Virus record (IMG/VR): IMGVR_UViG_3300020374_000030
Location: 1-27,093 of that record
Strand: one strand, 5' to 3'
DNA: 27,093 nucleotides
Origin: a virus
Taxonomy: Duplodnaviria > Caudoviricetes
Within the stretch, counting starts at the first letter, position 1. Each line of letters begins with the position of its first letter. The notes beneath the pieces are model-generated. The model saw nothing but the letters and a program-made list of their open reading frames with translations, did no database searches and was not told the DNA's origin. Of the stretch, positions 1 to 6,677 are shown one piece after another. The position numbers and the translations under genes were made by a program.

Positions 1-175
1 CTCGCAAAGGTCACAAGTCTCAGACCCATTAAAATCTACATTCAATCCATACAGATTCTAAACAGATTACTCATCGGTATAAAACACTCTTTTATATTTA
101 AAATAACCTTTTTTAATTAAAATAAAGGTATTTGTGTATCATAGAATACATAATGACCATGTGAGTTACCATGTA

Positions 176-523
176 TCACTGTCCTCTGTGAGTATTCTGA
201 GTTGCCGTACTTCCAGACCCAATCTCTTTGGATTCAAGTACGATTGAATCATCATACCGACTCTTTCTTTTCTTTACATATCTCAACTCTTTCCATTGTG
301 ATTCATAACATAATAGAAGAATATGTACATAATTATGTGGATTCCTCTTATCATATTGACACTCTGGTTTTCTTTTGACTCCCACCTCAATGGTTAAGTA
401 TCTCCGAGTAACTGGAAATCCCTTCTTATCTTCTGTTGGTTGACTTACAAAATATATCCATCCCTCATCACTTAGTCCATGTCGATCCCATCTGACATAA
501 TCATTGACGTGGGGTTGATACAT
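176..523 (-). CDS. hypothetical phage protein (115 aa)
   Basis: ORF track; ATG overlaps the stop of the upstream small ORF (TAATG); no motif recognised. Confidence 0.75.
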   Translation of the reverse strand: MYQPHVNDYVRWDRHGLSDEGWIYFVSQPTEDKKGFPVTRRYLTIEVGVKRKPECQYDKRNPHNYVHILLLCYESQWKELRYVKKRKSRYDDSIVLESKEIGSGSTATQNTHRGQ

Positions 524-684
524 TATGACACTCTTACGATTTTAATGTCCTGTGGGTTCATACCGTCTCCTAAAAGAGATCTGTATAACTCTTGACAGTC
601 TTCCTTTGTCATTGATGGTGTTTGTTCATTCCAATCAACCCATCCTGTAGTTGATTGTTCCATGATTCGATACTGTGGTTCCAT
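523..684 (-). CDS. small hypothetical protein (53 aa, MEPQYRIMEQSTTGW...KIVRVS), not in ORF track
   Basis: Manual translation; fills the gap between genes; TAATG coupling to the next gene. Confidence 0.75.
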   Translation of the reverse strand: MEPQYRIMEQSTTGWVDWNEQTPSMTKEDCQELYRSLLGDGMNPQDIKIVRVS

Positions 685-713
685 GATAGTTAAGTTAATA
701 CTGACTTGATTTA

Positions 714-944
714 TTAAGTCACAAATGCTTCGATAATGCCCGACTCATACTCCTCAGATAAAGGAAGTTTCTGTGCCTTTAACACATTTGGCATAATACG
801 ATCTATATATGACTCATTAAAAGAGTCTTCTGCTGATAATAGGTCAAAAACCTCGGAATCCGTCTCGGCAATAACATTGATAATTCCACCATATTCAGAT
901 TGAGGAAACGGAACCCAATAATCAACAATATAAAGATTTTTCAT
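714..944 (-). CDS. hypothetical phage protein (76 aa, MKNLYIVDYWVPFPQSEYGG...)
   Basis: Start moved from 1052 to 944 because a perfect sigma70 promoter (972-1000) and AAGGA lie between. Confidence 0.75.
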   Translation of the reverse strand: MKNLYIVDYWVPFPQSEYGGIINVIAETDSEVFDLLSAEDSFNESYIDRIMPNVLKAQKLPLSEEYESGIIEAFVT

Positions 945-971
945 TAATTTGATGTTTTTCTCCTTGCGTAT

Positions 972-1000
972 ATTATAATGGATATGTGAGAGTTTGTCAA
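972..1000 (-). promoter_or_regulatory. consensus sigma70-type promoter TTGACA-N17-TATAAT
   Basis: Minus strand reads TTGACA aactctcacatatccat TATAAT. Confidence 0.85.
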
Positions 1001-1224
1001 GACCATTGTGGGGTCGGTTGCTGACTCTGTGCCTTTGCAAGTTTCTGTTCATACTTGTCTTTGGTTTCCTCTAATAGTGTATGAACATCAATCAAGTCTT
1101 CCCACTCATTCAGTATCTCTGAGTCTTGATAGTCAACTGAAGCATCAACAATCGTTGTTACTTTGTCATCAACATAATCAAAGAGTGTGTCAAACTGGTC
1201 ATCTGTGAGTGTAATGGTTTTCAT
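997..1224 (-). CDS. small acidic hypothetical protein (75 aa)
   Basis: ORF track; abuts the upstream ORF. Confidence 0.75.
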   Translation of the reverse strand: MKTITLTDDQFDTLFDYVDDKVTTIVDASVDYQDSEILNEWEDLIDVHTLLEETKDKYEQKLAKAQSQQPTPQWS

Positions 1225-1368
1225 TTACTTTGACTCCACTAAGTTGGATAGTTTAATTACAATGTTATTTGCATCATTCTGCTCATCCTTATTAAACTCA
1301 TACATTTGTTGCTCTAAGCAATAAACAACTAAGTTGTACTCATTCTCTGTGAGATTAAGTGTTTTCAT
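1225..1368 (-). CDS. small hypothetical protein (47 aa, MKTLNLTENEYNLVVYCLEQQ...), not in ORF track
   Basis: Manual translation; TAATG overlap with 1368..1589; its stop abuts the next ATG. Confidence 0.7.
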   Translation of the reverse strand: MKTLNLTENEYNLVVYCLEQQMYEFNKDEQNDANNIVIKLSNLVESK

Positions 1369-1589
1369 TAGTTTAACCTCCAGTCGATTTTAAGATAGTC
1401 AGGATTGAGATGTAGTCTCTCAAACTCCTCCATTGACTCACTCTCAAATACAAATTCTTCTGCAAGATACTGGCAATTAACACCTAACTCTTCTGATGCA
1501 CGAAGAAAAAGTCCGATCTGCTCATCATTCATATCACGTTCATCAATGCAAAATGCGATGTCTGCGATTAATTGGTCTGTGTTTGTCAT
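1368..1589 (-). CDS. small acidic hypothetical protein (73 aa)
   Basis: ORF track; first gene after the repeated early promoter at 1615-1673. Confidence 0.75.
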   Translation of the reverse strand: MTNTDQLIADIAFCIDERDMNDEQIGLFLRASEELGVNCQYLAEEFVFESESMEEFERLHLNPDYLKIDWRLN

Positions 1590-1614
1590 GTGGGTTTTCT
1601 TTGTTTATACTACT

Positions 1615-1673
1615 ATTATAGTCCGATACTGAACTATATGGGGTGTGGTGTGTGACAGTTAATTAACCGCTCC
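1615..1673 (-). promoter_or_regulatory. repeated early-promoter element, copy 1
   Basis: TATAAT at 1620-1615; GTGACAG-TTAATTAA-CCGCTCC at 1652-1673; leader AGTAGTATAAACAAAG. Confidence 0.7.
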
Positions 1674-2598
1674 ACTCCTTTACCAAATTAAAATTATAGT
1701 AACTAAAATATCTTCTATCCACCAATTTAAATGAACCATAACCACTATGGAATACATAACCTTCCCCATCACACTCCTCTCCTTCGATCAATGTCATTGC
1801 GACTTGATTGCTCTGACAGGATGATAACAGTTCTTCTTTGATCTCCACGATGAGATTATAGAATCCGATGAGACTTAGATTGTAGTCTCCGAAATCACTT
1901 GAATCAATCTTCTTACCTTCTCTGATATACTGATTGAGTTCTCCCTTTAAAAGGTTTGCTTCGGTCTTATTCACAAATTTGACCATCTGTGCCATCTGTA
2001 GTGCAAAGTCAATACGACTTCTCAATGACTCACTCACACTCATGATTGCGATTGGTTGATAGAAATAAACCTTCTCATTGCTGTCTAACGTATCATAGAG
2101 TGGTATTGCAATGGTGTCTCTCAATGGATTGAAACTGGCATTGTCCGTACATTGATCGACCTCATACTGTGTATGTGGTGCAACCACGATTGTCTGCTCT
2201 ACATTCTCAGGAAATACATAGGTAACTGTATTTGGTTGGAATACACTCTCTCCACCAAATCCAAGAAAGTCTCCCTGATAGATGTTGATTGTCTTCGGTA
2301 GATTGGATAGACAGGCATGTAACACAATGGCAACATAACCAGTATGGTTTTTGTCAATGTCCTTATGTGTATAGTTGACCTTAATCAACTTCCGATTAAA
2401 TACTGACTTCGTGCCAACAAAAAACTTATGAGTAACAGGATGTGTTCCCCATATAATTGCTGGCGAACCATCAATCTTGACTGATACATGACCATGTGGT
2501 GCGACTATATAAGACTTGACTGCCTTCAAGAAATCAAGATTACCTGTTAGAATGGTATCTTCGGGGTGTTCAATATGTGTATTAAGCATGTGGGTCAA
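1663..2598 (-). CDS. ligase-like nucleotidyltransferase-fold protein (311 aa)
   Basis: KIDG (motif I KxDG), YQGD (motif III-like), EGYV (motif IV) and FKLV (motif V), in the order of the ATP-dependent ligase/capping enzyme superfamily. Confidence 0.6.
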   Translation of the reverse strand: MTHMLNTHIEHPEDTILTGNLDFLKAVKSYIVAPHGHVSVKIDGSPAIIWGTHPVTHKFFVGTKSVFNRKLIKVNYTHKDIDKNHTGYVAIVLHACLSNLPKTINIYQGDFLGFGGESVFQPNTVTYVFPENVEQTIVVAPHTQYEVDQCTDNASFNPLRDTIAIPLYDTLDSNEKVYFYQPIAIMSVSESLRSRIDFALQMAQMVKFVNKTEANLLKGELNQYIREGKKIDSSDFGDYNLSLIGFYNLIVEIKEELLSSCQSNQVAMTLIEGEECDGEGYVFHSGYGSFKLVDRRYFSYYNFNLVKEWSG

Positions 2599-2612
2599 AT
2601 GATCTTAAGTAT

Positions 2613-2640
2613 ATTATAGCAAAAAGTATGATGATTACAA
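2613..2640 (-). promoter_or_regulatory. sigma70-type promoter TTGTAA-N16-TATAAT with extended -10 (TGc)
   Basis: Minus strand TTGTAA tcatcatactttttgc TATAAT directly upstream of the 311-aa gene. Confidence 0.6.
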
Positions 2641-2658
2641 GTATCAATAGTAACTGCA

Positions 2659-2901
2659 TTAGACCTCCCTCCTGTCCTGTTTGAAGTCACACTTCATGTA
2701 GTCCTTGACCTCTTCGACCACTTCATCAAAACTATCTTCCCAGTAGTTTCGTGCTTCCTCCATAAACTGAAAGTGAGACATCTTATCATAATACTGGTCA
2801 AGATCATCAGTCACATAGGCAACCAAGTCTGAAGTTGACATATTATCGACCATTCTCTCAACTAAGAATGACCTGAGTTCGTTTAGTAATTCTGGTGTCA
2901 T
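2659..2901 (-). CDS. acidic hypothetical protein (80 aa, MTPELLNELRSFLVERMVDNM...)
   Basis: Start moved from 3099 to 2901 to remove the long overlap with 2906..3145. Confidence 0.7.
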   Translation of the reverse strand: MTPELLNELRSFLVERMVDNMSTSDLVAYVTDDLDQYYDKMSHFQFMEEARNYWEDSFDEVVEEVKDYMKCDFKQDRREV

Positions 2902-2905
2902 TGGA

Positions 2906-3145
2906 TTAGTAGTCGTAAAAGAATGGATGGTCAGGTTCGCAAGGTTCGGGGTCATACTCTGTATCTGCATCAATGTTCTGTTTGAGGTTATCATCATAAA
3001 TGCGAATAGATAACTCTCCATTGTCTGCAAGACCGACCCAACCTTTGCGGTCAAGTGCATTATCAATGATGTCATATACTTTGAGAATTTCTTCATCATT
3101 TAGAAATCCGCATATGTTCCAATACTTTTGTTTTGTGCTTGGCAT
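2906..3145 (-). CDS. small acidic hypothetical protein (79 aa)
   Basis: ORF track; GAGG RBS; first gene after promoter copy 2. Confidence 0.75.
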   Translation of the reverse strand: MPSTKQKYWNICGFLNDEEILKVYDIIDNALDRKGWVGLADNGELSIRIYDDNLKQNIDADTEYDPEPCEPDHPFFYDY

Positions 3146-3174
3146 GAGTGGGAAACCTCTTTGTTTATACTATT

Positions 3175-3232
3175 ATTATAGCAAGTCTAAGTCCTTGCGT
3201 GTGTGTGTAGTGGACACTTGTTTATCTGTCAC
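3175..3232 (-). promoter_or_regulatory. repeated early-promoter element, copy 2
   Basis: TGcTATAAT (hexamer 3180-3175); TGGACAC-TTGTTTAT-CTGTCAC at 3211-3232; leader AATAGTATAAACAAAGAGG. Confidence 0.75.
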
Positions 3233-3439
3233 ACCCATACTATCAACAAGTGCATCAACTTTGGTATCATAACCTTCAGATAGACTATCAAGATAATTAT
3301 CACTCTCTTTACAAGTGCATACCTTCTCTAAGTTTGACAACTTATCATACAAAGTGCTGTGTCCATTGGATGTGTTAGCATCATTCATCATTGATGCTAA
3401 CAACATTTGTATCTCTTTTTTAGTTAAATCAACTAGCAT
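3176..3439 (-). CDS. hypothetical protein (87 aa, MLVDLTKKEIQMLL...)
   Basis: GAGGT RBS before ATG 3439; the ORF runs through promoter copy 2 and stops inside its TATAAT. Confidence 0.6.
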   Translation of the reverse strand: MLVDLTKKEIQMLLASMMNDANTSNGHSTLYDKLSNLEKVCTCKESDNYLDSLSEGYDTKVDALVDSMGVTDKQVSTTHTRKDLDLL

Positions 3440-3444
3440 TGTAT

Positions 3445-3993
3445 TTACCTCATGTATAAGTAACCAGAAGTCCAAGTTACAAAACTTGGTGTGTGCATCA
3501 ATGTCCTGTCTCTTATCACTCTCATATCAAAACGAACATGCTTTGCAGGTTTGCTCCATGATGCTGCCATGTAAACTTCCCCTGTGTTCTTATCAACAAA
3601 TGAATGAACACTTCCATCATGATAACCTTCTTTTAGATTTGGGTAGTAGTCATTGTACTCACGATAATTCTGTTGTATTACTTTGTAATACTTACGACCT
3701 TCTTGGATACGAAACTTCATTAACTTTGCTGAACCATCTTCCAACTCTGCAAGTTGTTGCTTTGCATAATCAGATAATTCTGGTTTACCATCTTGGTATC
3801 TCTCAACATTTCTGTTTAATGATCTGATGTGATATTCTTTATAGTTCTCTGTAATAGCATCACAATACTGCTCAGTCCAGACCTTAACATTCTCTCTGAG
3901 TTGTTGTTTGATCTGATCTCTTTTGATGAAATCCTCTAAGGATTCGTTTTTTAATGGTGCTTCGGTTGAAAAATTGAGTGATGAGACTGTCAT
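3445..3993 (-). CDS. conserved phage hypothetical protein (182 aa; RKYYKV...SVHSFVDKNTGEVYMAASWSKPAKHVRFD)
   Basis: ORF track; AAGGA RBS; the C-terminal motif recalls a widespread uncharacterised phage family. Confidence 0.8.
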   Translation of the reverse strand: MTVSSLNFSTEAPLKNESLEDFIKRDQIKQQLRENVKVWTEQYCDAITENYKEYHIRSLNRNVERYQDGKPELSDYAKQQLAELEDGSAKLMKFRIQEGRKYYKVIQQNYREYNDYYPNLKEGYHDGSVHSFVDKNTGEVYMAASWSKPAKHVRFDMRVIRDRTLMHTPSFVTWTSGYLYMR

Positions 3994-4018
3994 TTGAAAA
4001 TCCTTTGTTTATATTACT

Positions 4019-4076
4019 ATTATAAGGCATTTTATACCCTATGCGTGGTAGTGTGTGACACATATTAAACTGTCTC
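4019..4076 (-). promoter_or_regulatory. repeated early-promoter element, copy 3
   Basis: TATAAT at 4024-4019; GTGACAC-ATATTAAA-CTGTCTC at 4055-4076; leader AGTAATATAAACAAAGGA. Confidence 0.75.
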
Positions 4077-4244
4077 TTCTCCATGAACTTCCACACCAAA
4101 TTGATTTACAATGACATCTTCAAGTTCATTTAATTGTTGTCTTGATAGCATACTCACTAACTCTTCGATTAGAATTGGTGCTGTGTCTGGGTCATCATGT
4201 ATGATTGATGCAACTTCATAGATGAGTTCATTTGCTGTTGTCAT
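4065..4244 (-). CDS. small acidic hypothetical protein (59 aa, MTTANELIYEVASIIHDDPD...), not in ORF track
   Basis: Manual translation; TAATG coupling; stop lies in the 8-bp spacer of element copy 3. Confidence 0.7.
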   Translation of the reverse strand: MTTANELIYEVASIIHDDPDTAPILIEELVSMLSRQQLNELEDVIVNQFGVEVHGEETV

Positions 4245-4375
4245 TAGTCTAATAGTTTTTCAAAAAAGGTTTCGATTTCTTTTGGTAGATCATTCATCAT
4301 ACCATTATCTCTAAGTAGATCATAGAGTTTAATTAGATGATACTGTTCATCCCATGTAATTTCGTATTTGTTCAT
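4244..4375 (-). CDS. small hypothetical protein (43 aa, MNKYEITWDEQYHLIKLYDLLRD...), not in ORF track
   Basis: Manual translation; GGAGG RBS; TAATG coupling at both ends. Confidence 0.7.
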   Translation of the reverse strand: MNKYEITWDEQYHLIKLYDLLRDNGMMNDLPKEIETFFEKLLD

Positions 4376-4629
4376 TATGCAACCTCCTGTAATACTGGTA
4401 GTTGTGGTTTAGTTGCTCTGCGGTCAATTACAAACTGTCTGACTCTTTCTCTATCAAGTGAGTCTCCATCGCCCCATTCAATATTAGTTGATGCACATAG
4501 GTCAAGATAGTTAAGAGTTGCAAGTGCTAACTCTTCTCTGGTTAATCCGTTAATAGGATATAAGACATCTGGGTGTGATGGTAAGTAGAATGACTCACAG
4601 TAGTCTAAAAATTCTTTGAAGTTTGACAT
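4375..4629 (-). CDS. hypothetical phage protein (84 aa, MSNFKEFLDYCESFY...WGDGDSLDRERVR)
   Basis: Start moved from 4716 to 4629, downstream of promoter copy 4. Confidence 0.75.
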   Translation of the reverse strand: MSNFKEFLDYCESFYLPSHPDVLYPINGLTREELALATLNYLDLCASTNIEWGDGDSLDRERVRQFVIDRRATKPQLPVLQEVA

Positions 4630-4654
4630 AGAGGGTTGTCTGTTGTATATACTT

Positions 4655-4713
4655 ATTATAAACCCTACCAAGTCAAATTGGTAGGGATGATGTGACACAT
4701 AATTAACTGTCAC
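4655..4713 (-). promoter_or_regulatory. repeated early-promoter element, copy 4, with internal 9-bp stem-loop
   Basis: TATAAT at 4660-4655; hairpin CCCTACCAA-N6-TTGGTAGGG at 4663-4686; GTGACAC-ATAATTAA-CTGTCAC at 4692-4713. Confidence 0.8.
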
Positions 4714-5102
4714 CAATTCGCACTAAAAATGTGACCATCATGCTCATAATAGTCATAGGATAATGATCTATCCCAAGTCTTCTCCCAATCTATCTCAATC
4801 CAACTTGGCATATCATTTGATATGTAACCACAATCTTGGCATAATTGCTCGGCAAAGTCAGCACCACTATAGTAACTACCTTGATATGAGTCAACTACAT
4901 TTGCAACATCATCAATGCTGAATACCTCTATAAATGCTTCAACTGGTTCGATACCTAACTCATCTACTTGTCCTTGATAGTCATCATAATGCTCTCTAAA
5001 TGCTTCTTCTCCATATTTCTCAATAAACTCAAGTGCTGTATCTCTATCATCAACATCATTAAGTAATTCTTGTGTTTCTTCGGATAGAATTGTTTTTACC
5101 AT
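4710..5102 (-). CDS. ardA: ArdA-like antirestriction (DNA-mimic) protein (130 aa)
   Basis: About 33 Asp/Glu vs 6 Lys/Arg; C-terminal YQGSYYSGADFAEQL...MPSWIEIDWEKTWD...DYYEHDGHIF fits the ArdA C-terminal pattern. Confidence 0.65.
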   Translation of the reverse strand: MVKTILSEETQELLNDVDDRDTALEFIEKYGEEAFREHYDDYQGQVDELGIEPVEAFIEVFSIDDVANVVDSYQGSYYSGADFAEQLCQDCGYISNDMPSWIEIDWEKTWDRSLSYDYYEHDGHIFSANW

Positions 5103-5126
5103 AGGAATAAGGGATTAATTGGGTGC

Positions 5127-5208
5127 GAGAAACAAAAACTCGGACTTACAGGACGTAATTTCTCTGCTGAACAAAGACAACCATAGATCCTTGCCTGTTT
5201 TGTTTCCC
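5127..5208 (-). ncRNA. candidate structured leader RNA upstream of the ardA-like gene
   Basis: 11-bp closing stem GGGAAACAAAA/UUUUGUUUCUC starting at the inferred transcription start; inner pairings ACAGG/CCUGU or AGGA/UCCU, and GUUG/CAGC. Confidence 0.45.
5146..5184 (-). CDS. putative 12-aa leader peptide MVVFVQQRNYVL
   Basis: AAGGA then 3 nt then ATG; wholly enclosed by the leader stem; translation unproven. Confidence 0.3.
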   Translation of the reverse strand: MVVFVQQRNYVL

Positions 5209-5215
5209 TGTACTT

Positions 5216-5272
5216 ATTATAGCAATAAAAAACCCTCTGTGCAAGAGGGTGTGACAGTTATTTAAGTGTCCT
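5216..5272 (-). promoter_or_regulatory. repeated early-promoter element, copy 5 (also TTGCAC-N17-TATAAT)
   Basis: TGcTATAAT (hexamer 5221-5216); TTGCAC at 5244-5239 at the terminator loop; GTGACAG-TTATTTAA-GTGTCCT at 5251-5272. Confidence 0.75.
5227..5250 (-). terminator. intrinsic terminator downstream of the cp12-like gene
   Basis: Minus strand ACCCTCT-TGCAC-AGAGGGT-TTTTT. Confidence 0.75.
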
Positions 5273-5534
5273 AATCATCGTACACTCTGCACTCAAAAGC
5301 GTCAGGATGGTTATCACAATATATTTCTAAATGTTTATCCTCGTGACGAGTATGCCAATCGTTAATTTTACCTTCATTTGGTTCTACTACATCATCTTTA
5401 TGATATACTTCATAATCTGCATGTACTTCTTCGAGTTCTGATTCTTTATATTCCAACATACCATGATTGATATGTTCCTTTTTATCTTTAGGGTCAAGAT
5501 AAACTTCGTGGTCTAGATCATGTTTAATTGTCAT
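5271..5534 (-). CDS. cp12: CP12-like protein (87 aa), His/acid-rich, C-terminal Cys pair only
   Basis: Ends in LEIYCDNHPDAFECRVYDD, the CP12 C-terminal CxxxPxxxEC(R/L)VYDD signature; AGGAGG RBS. Confidence 0.65.
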   Translation of the reverse strand: MTIKHDLDHEVYLDPKDKKEHINHGMLEYKESELEEVHADYEVYHKDDVVEPNEGKINDWHTRHEDKHLEIYCDNHPDAFECRVYDD

Positions 5535-5552
5535 AATAGTTACCTCCTTTTG

Positions 5553-5560
5553 TATTTATA
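5553..5560 (-). promoter_or_regulatory. T4-type late promoter TATAAATA for the cp12-like gene
   Basis: Exact TATAAATA just upstream of AGGAGG and ATG 5534. Confidence 0.65.
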
Positions 5561-5795
5561 CTTTTTTAGTAGGTTTTGACACCTTTTTTGGTCTAGTACT
5601 AACATTTGAAATCTTACCACTCAGTAAAGATAATAACTCTCTCGAATCATTCAAATATATGTTATGATGTGTAATTTTACTTGCGATTGATGATCGAATA
5701 CTGTTGTAAATTTCCTCTGGTGTTGCTTCACTATCTAGTGATGCTTCAATCCATAGTTCTAATTGTTCAAGACAGTAGTTTTTGTCTTCACTCAT
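5556..5795 (-). CDS. hypothetical protein (79 aa, MSEDKNYCLEQLELWIEASLDSEATPEEIY...)
   Basis: ORF track, start moved to ATG 5795, which overlaps the end of the upstream ORF. Confidence 0.7.
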   Translation of the reverse strand: MSEDKNYCLEQLELWIEASLDSEATPEEIYNSIRSSIASKITHHNIYLNDSRELLSLLSGKISNVSTRPKKVSKPTKKV

Positions 5796-5937
5796 TTTTA
5801 TCAAGTTTGATAACTTCACTTATCATATCTTGTATCTCTTCAGATGTCAACTTATTAAGAAACATCCAATTAGGATCTTTTTTATCCCACTCAACAGTAA
5901 ATGAACCATTGTCATTTTGATTTATTTTAAGACTCAT
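5788..5937 (-). CDS. small hypothetical protein (49 aa, MSLKINQNDNGSFTVEWDKKDPNWMFLN...), not in ORF track
   Basis: Manual translation; ATGA overlap with 5934..6239. Confidence 0.75.
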   Translation of the reverse strand: MSLKINQNDNGSFTVEWDKKDPNWMFLNKLTSEEIQDMISEVIKLDKNE

Positions 5938-6239
5938 CTCCACTTCGCATAATATGGTTTTTGGTCATTAGGGTAGTGTGGTTTTTCTTTAATTAACTTT
6001 GCAGTCTCTAAATCATCACTCTCGTCTGCATTTGTATGATGTGTAACTTCTTTTAAAGTCTTTAAATATTTTAAAACATGTTCTCGAATCTCTAGTAACT
6101 CATCATAACATGCTTGATTATGAGCGCATCCACGCAAATCGTGGTCTGGTTTCATTACTGACTCTGTGAATAGAGATAATGCTCTATCATATTTCATAGA
6201 GGGTGTCTCATTTTTGTCGATTGAGTTTTGATCGTGCAT
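5934..6239 (-). CDS. hypothetical phage protein (101 aa)
   Basis: ORF track; AGGAG RBS. Confidence 0.8.
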   Translation of the reverse strand: MHDQNSIDKNETPSMKYDRALSLFTESVMKPDHDLRGCAHNQACYDELLEIREHVLKYLKTLKEVTHHTNADESDDLETAKLIKEKPHYPNDQKPYYAKWR

Positions 6240-6468
6240 CGTTCTTCTCCTTTTGAATACCTTTTTTTATGTATATCATAGCACATTCAAAATTCTTTGA
6301 GAAGTGTTCAATGATACCATTGTGTACGATGGCAAACTTTCTACCATTTGATGGAACTGCTGCCCACATCCCATCCTTTGTTATATATCCACTTGGTTGA
6401 CCTATTTTTGGGTCAAGTAAAGATGGAAATGTGGTAGGATAAAACTTCTGATAGTTAGAACTTCGCAT
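6208..6468 (-). CDS. hypothetical phage protein (86 aa)
   Basis: ORF track; GGAG RBS. Confidence 0.7.
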   Translation of the reverse strand: MRSSNYQKFYPTTFPSLLDPKIGQPSGYITKDGMWAAVPSNGRKFAIVHNGIIEHFSKNFECAMIYIKKGIQKEKNDARSKLNRQK

Positions 6469-6595
6469 TAACTCCGATTACTCTTGCATTTGGATTTCTT
6501 GCAACTGCAACTTGTCTTGCTTCATCATAGTTACGAGCATTTACTTCTTCAGTAAAAACTGTACCTGCAACAAATAGTTTGACTTCGCATTTCAT
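6455..6595 (-). CDS. small hypothetical protein (46 aa, MKCEVKLFVAGTVFTEEVNARNYDEARQVAVARNPNARVIGVNAKF), not in ORF track
   Basis: Manual translation; AGGAG RBS; first gene after promoter copy 6. Confidence 0.8.
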   Translation of the reverse strand: MKCEVKLFVAGTVFTEEVNARNYDEARQVAVARNPNARVIGVNAKF

Positions 6596-6619
6596 GGGTT
6601 ATCTCCTTTGTATATTCTT

Positions 6620-6677
6620 ATTATATAAGATCTAATATGTTAATAGTAGGTTCTTGTGACACTTCTTGAACTGGATG
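6620..6677 (-). promoter_or_regulatory. repeated early-promoter element, copy 6 (inside the 3' end of the methyltransferase gene)
   Basis: TATAAT at 6625-6620; GTGACAC-TTCTTGAA-CTGGATG at 6656-6677; leader AAGAATATACAAAGGAG. Confidence 0.7.

Noticed and set aside
1-175. AT-rich non-coding left end as a possible origin or ncRNA
   Set aside because: No iterons or convincing structure seen; truncated by the window edge
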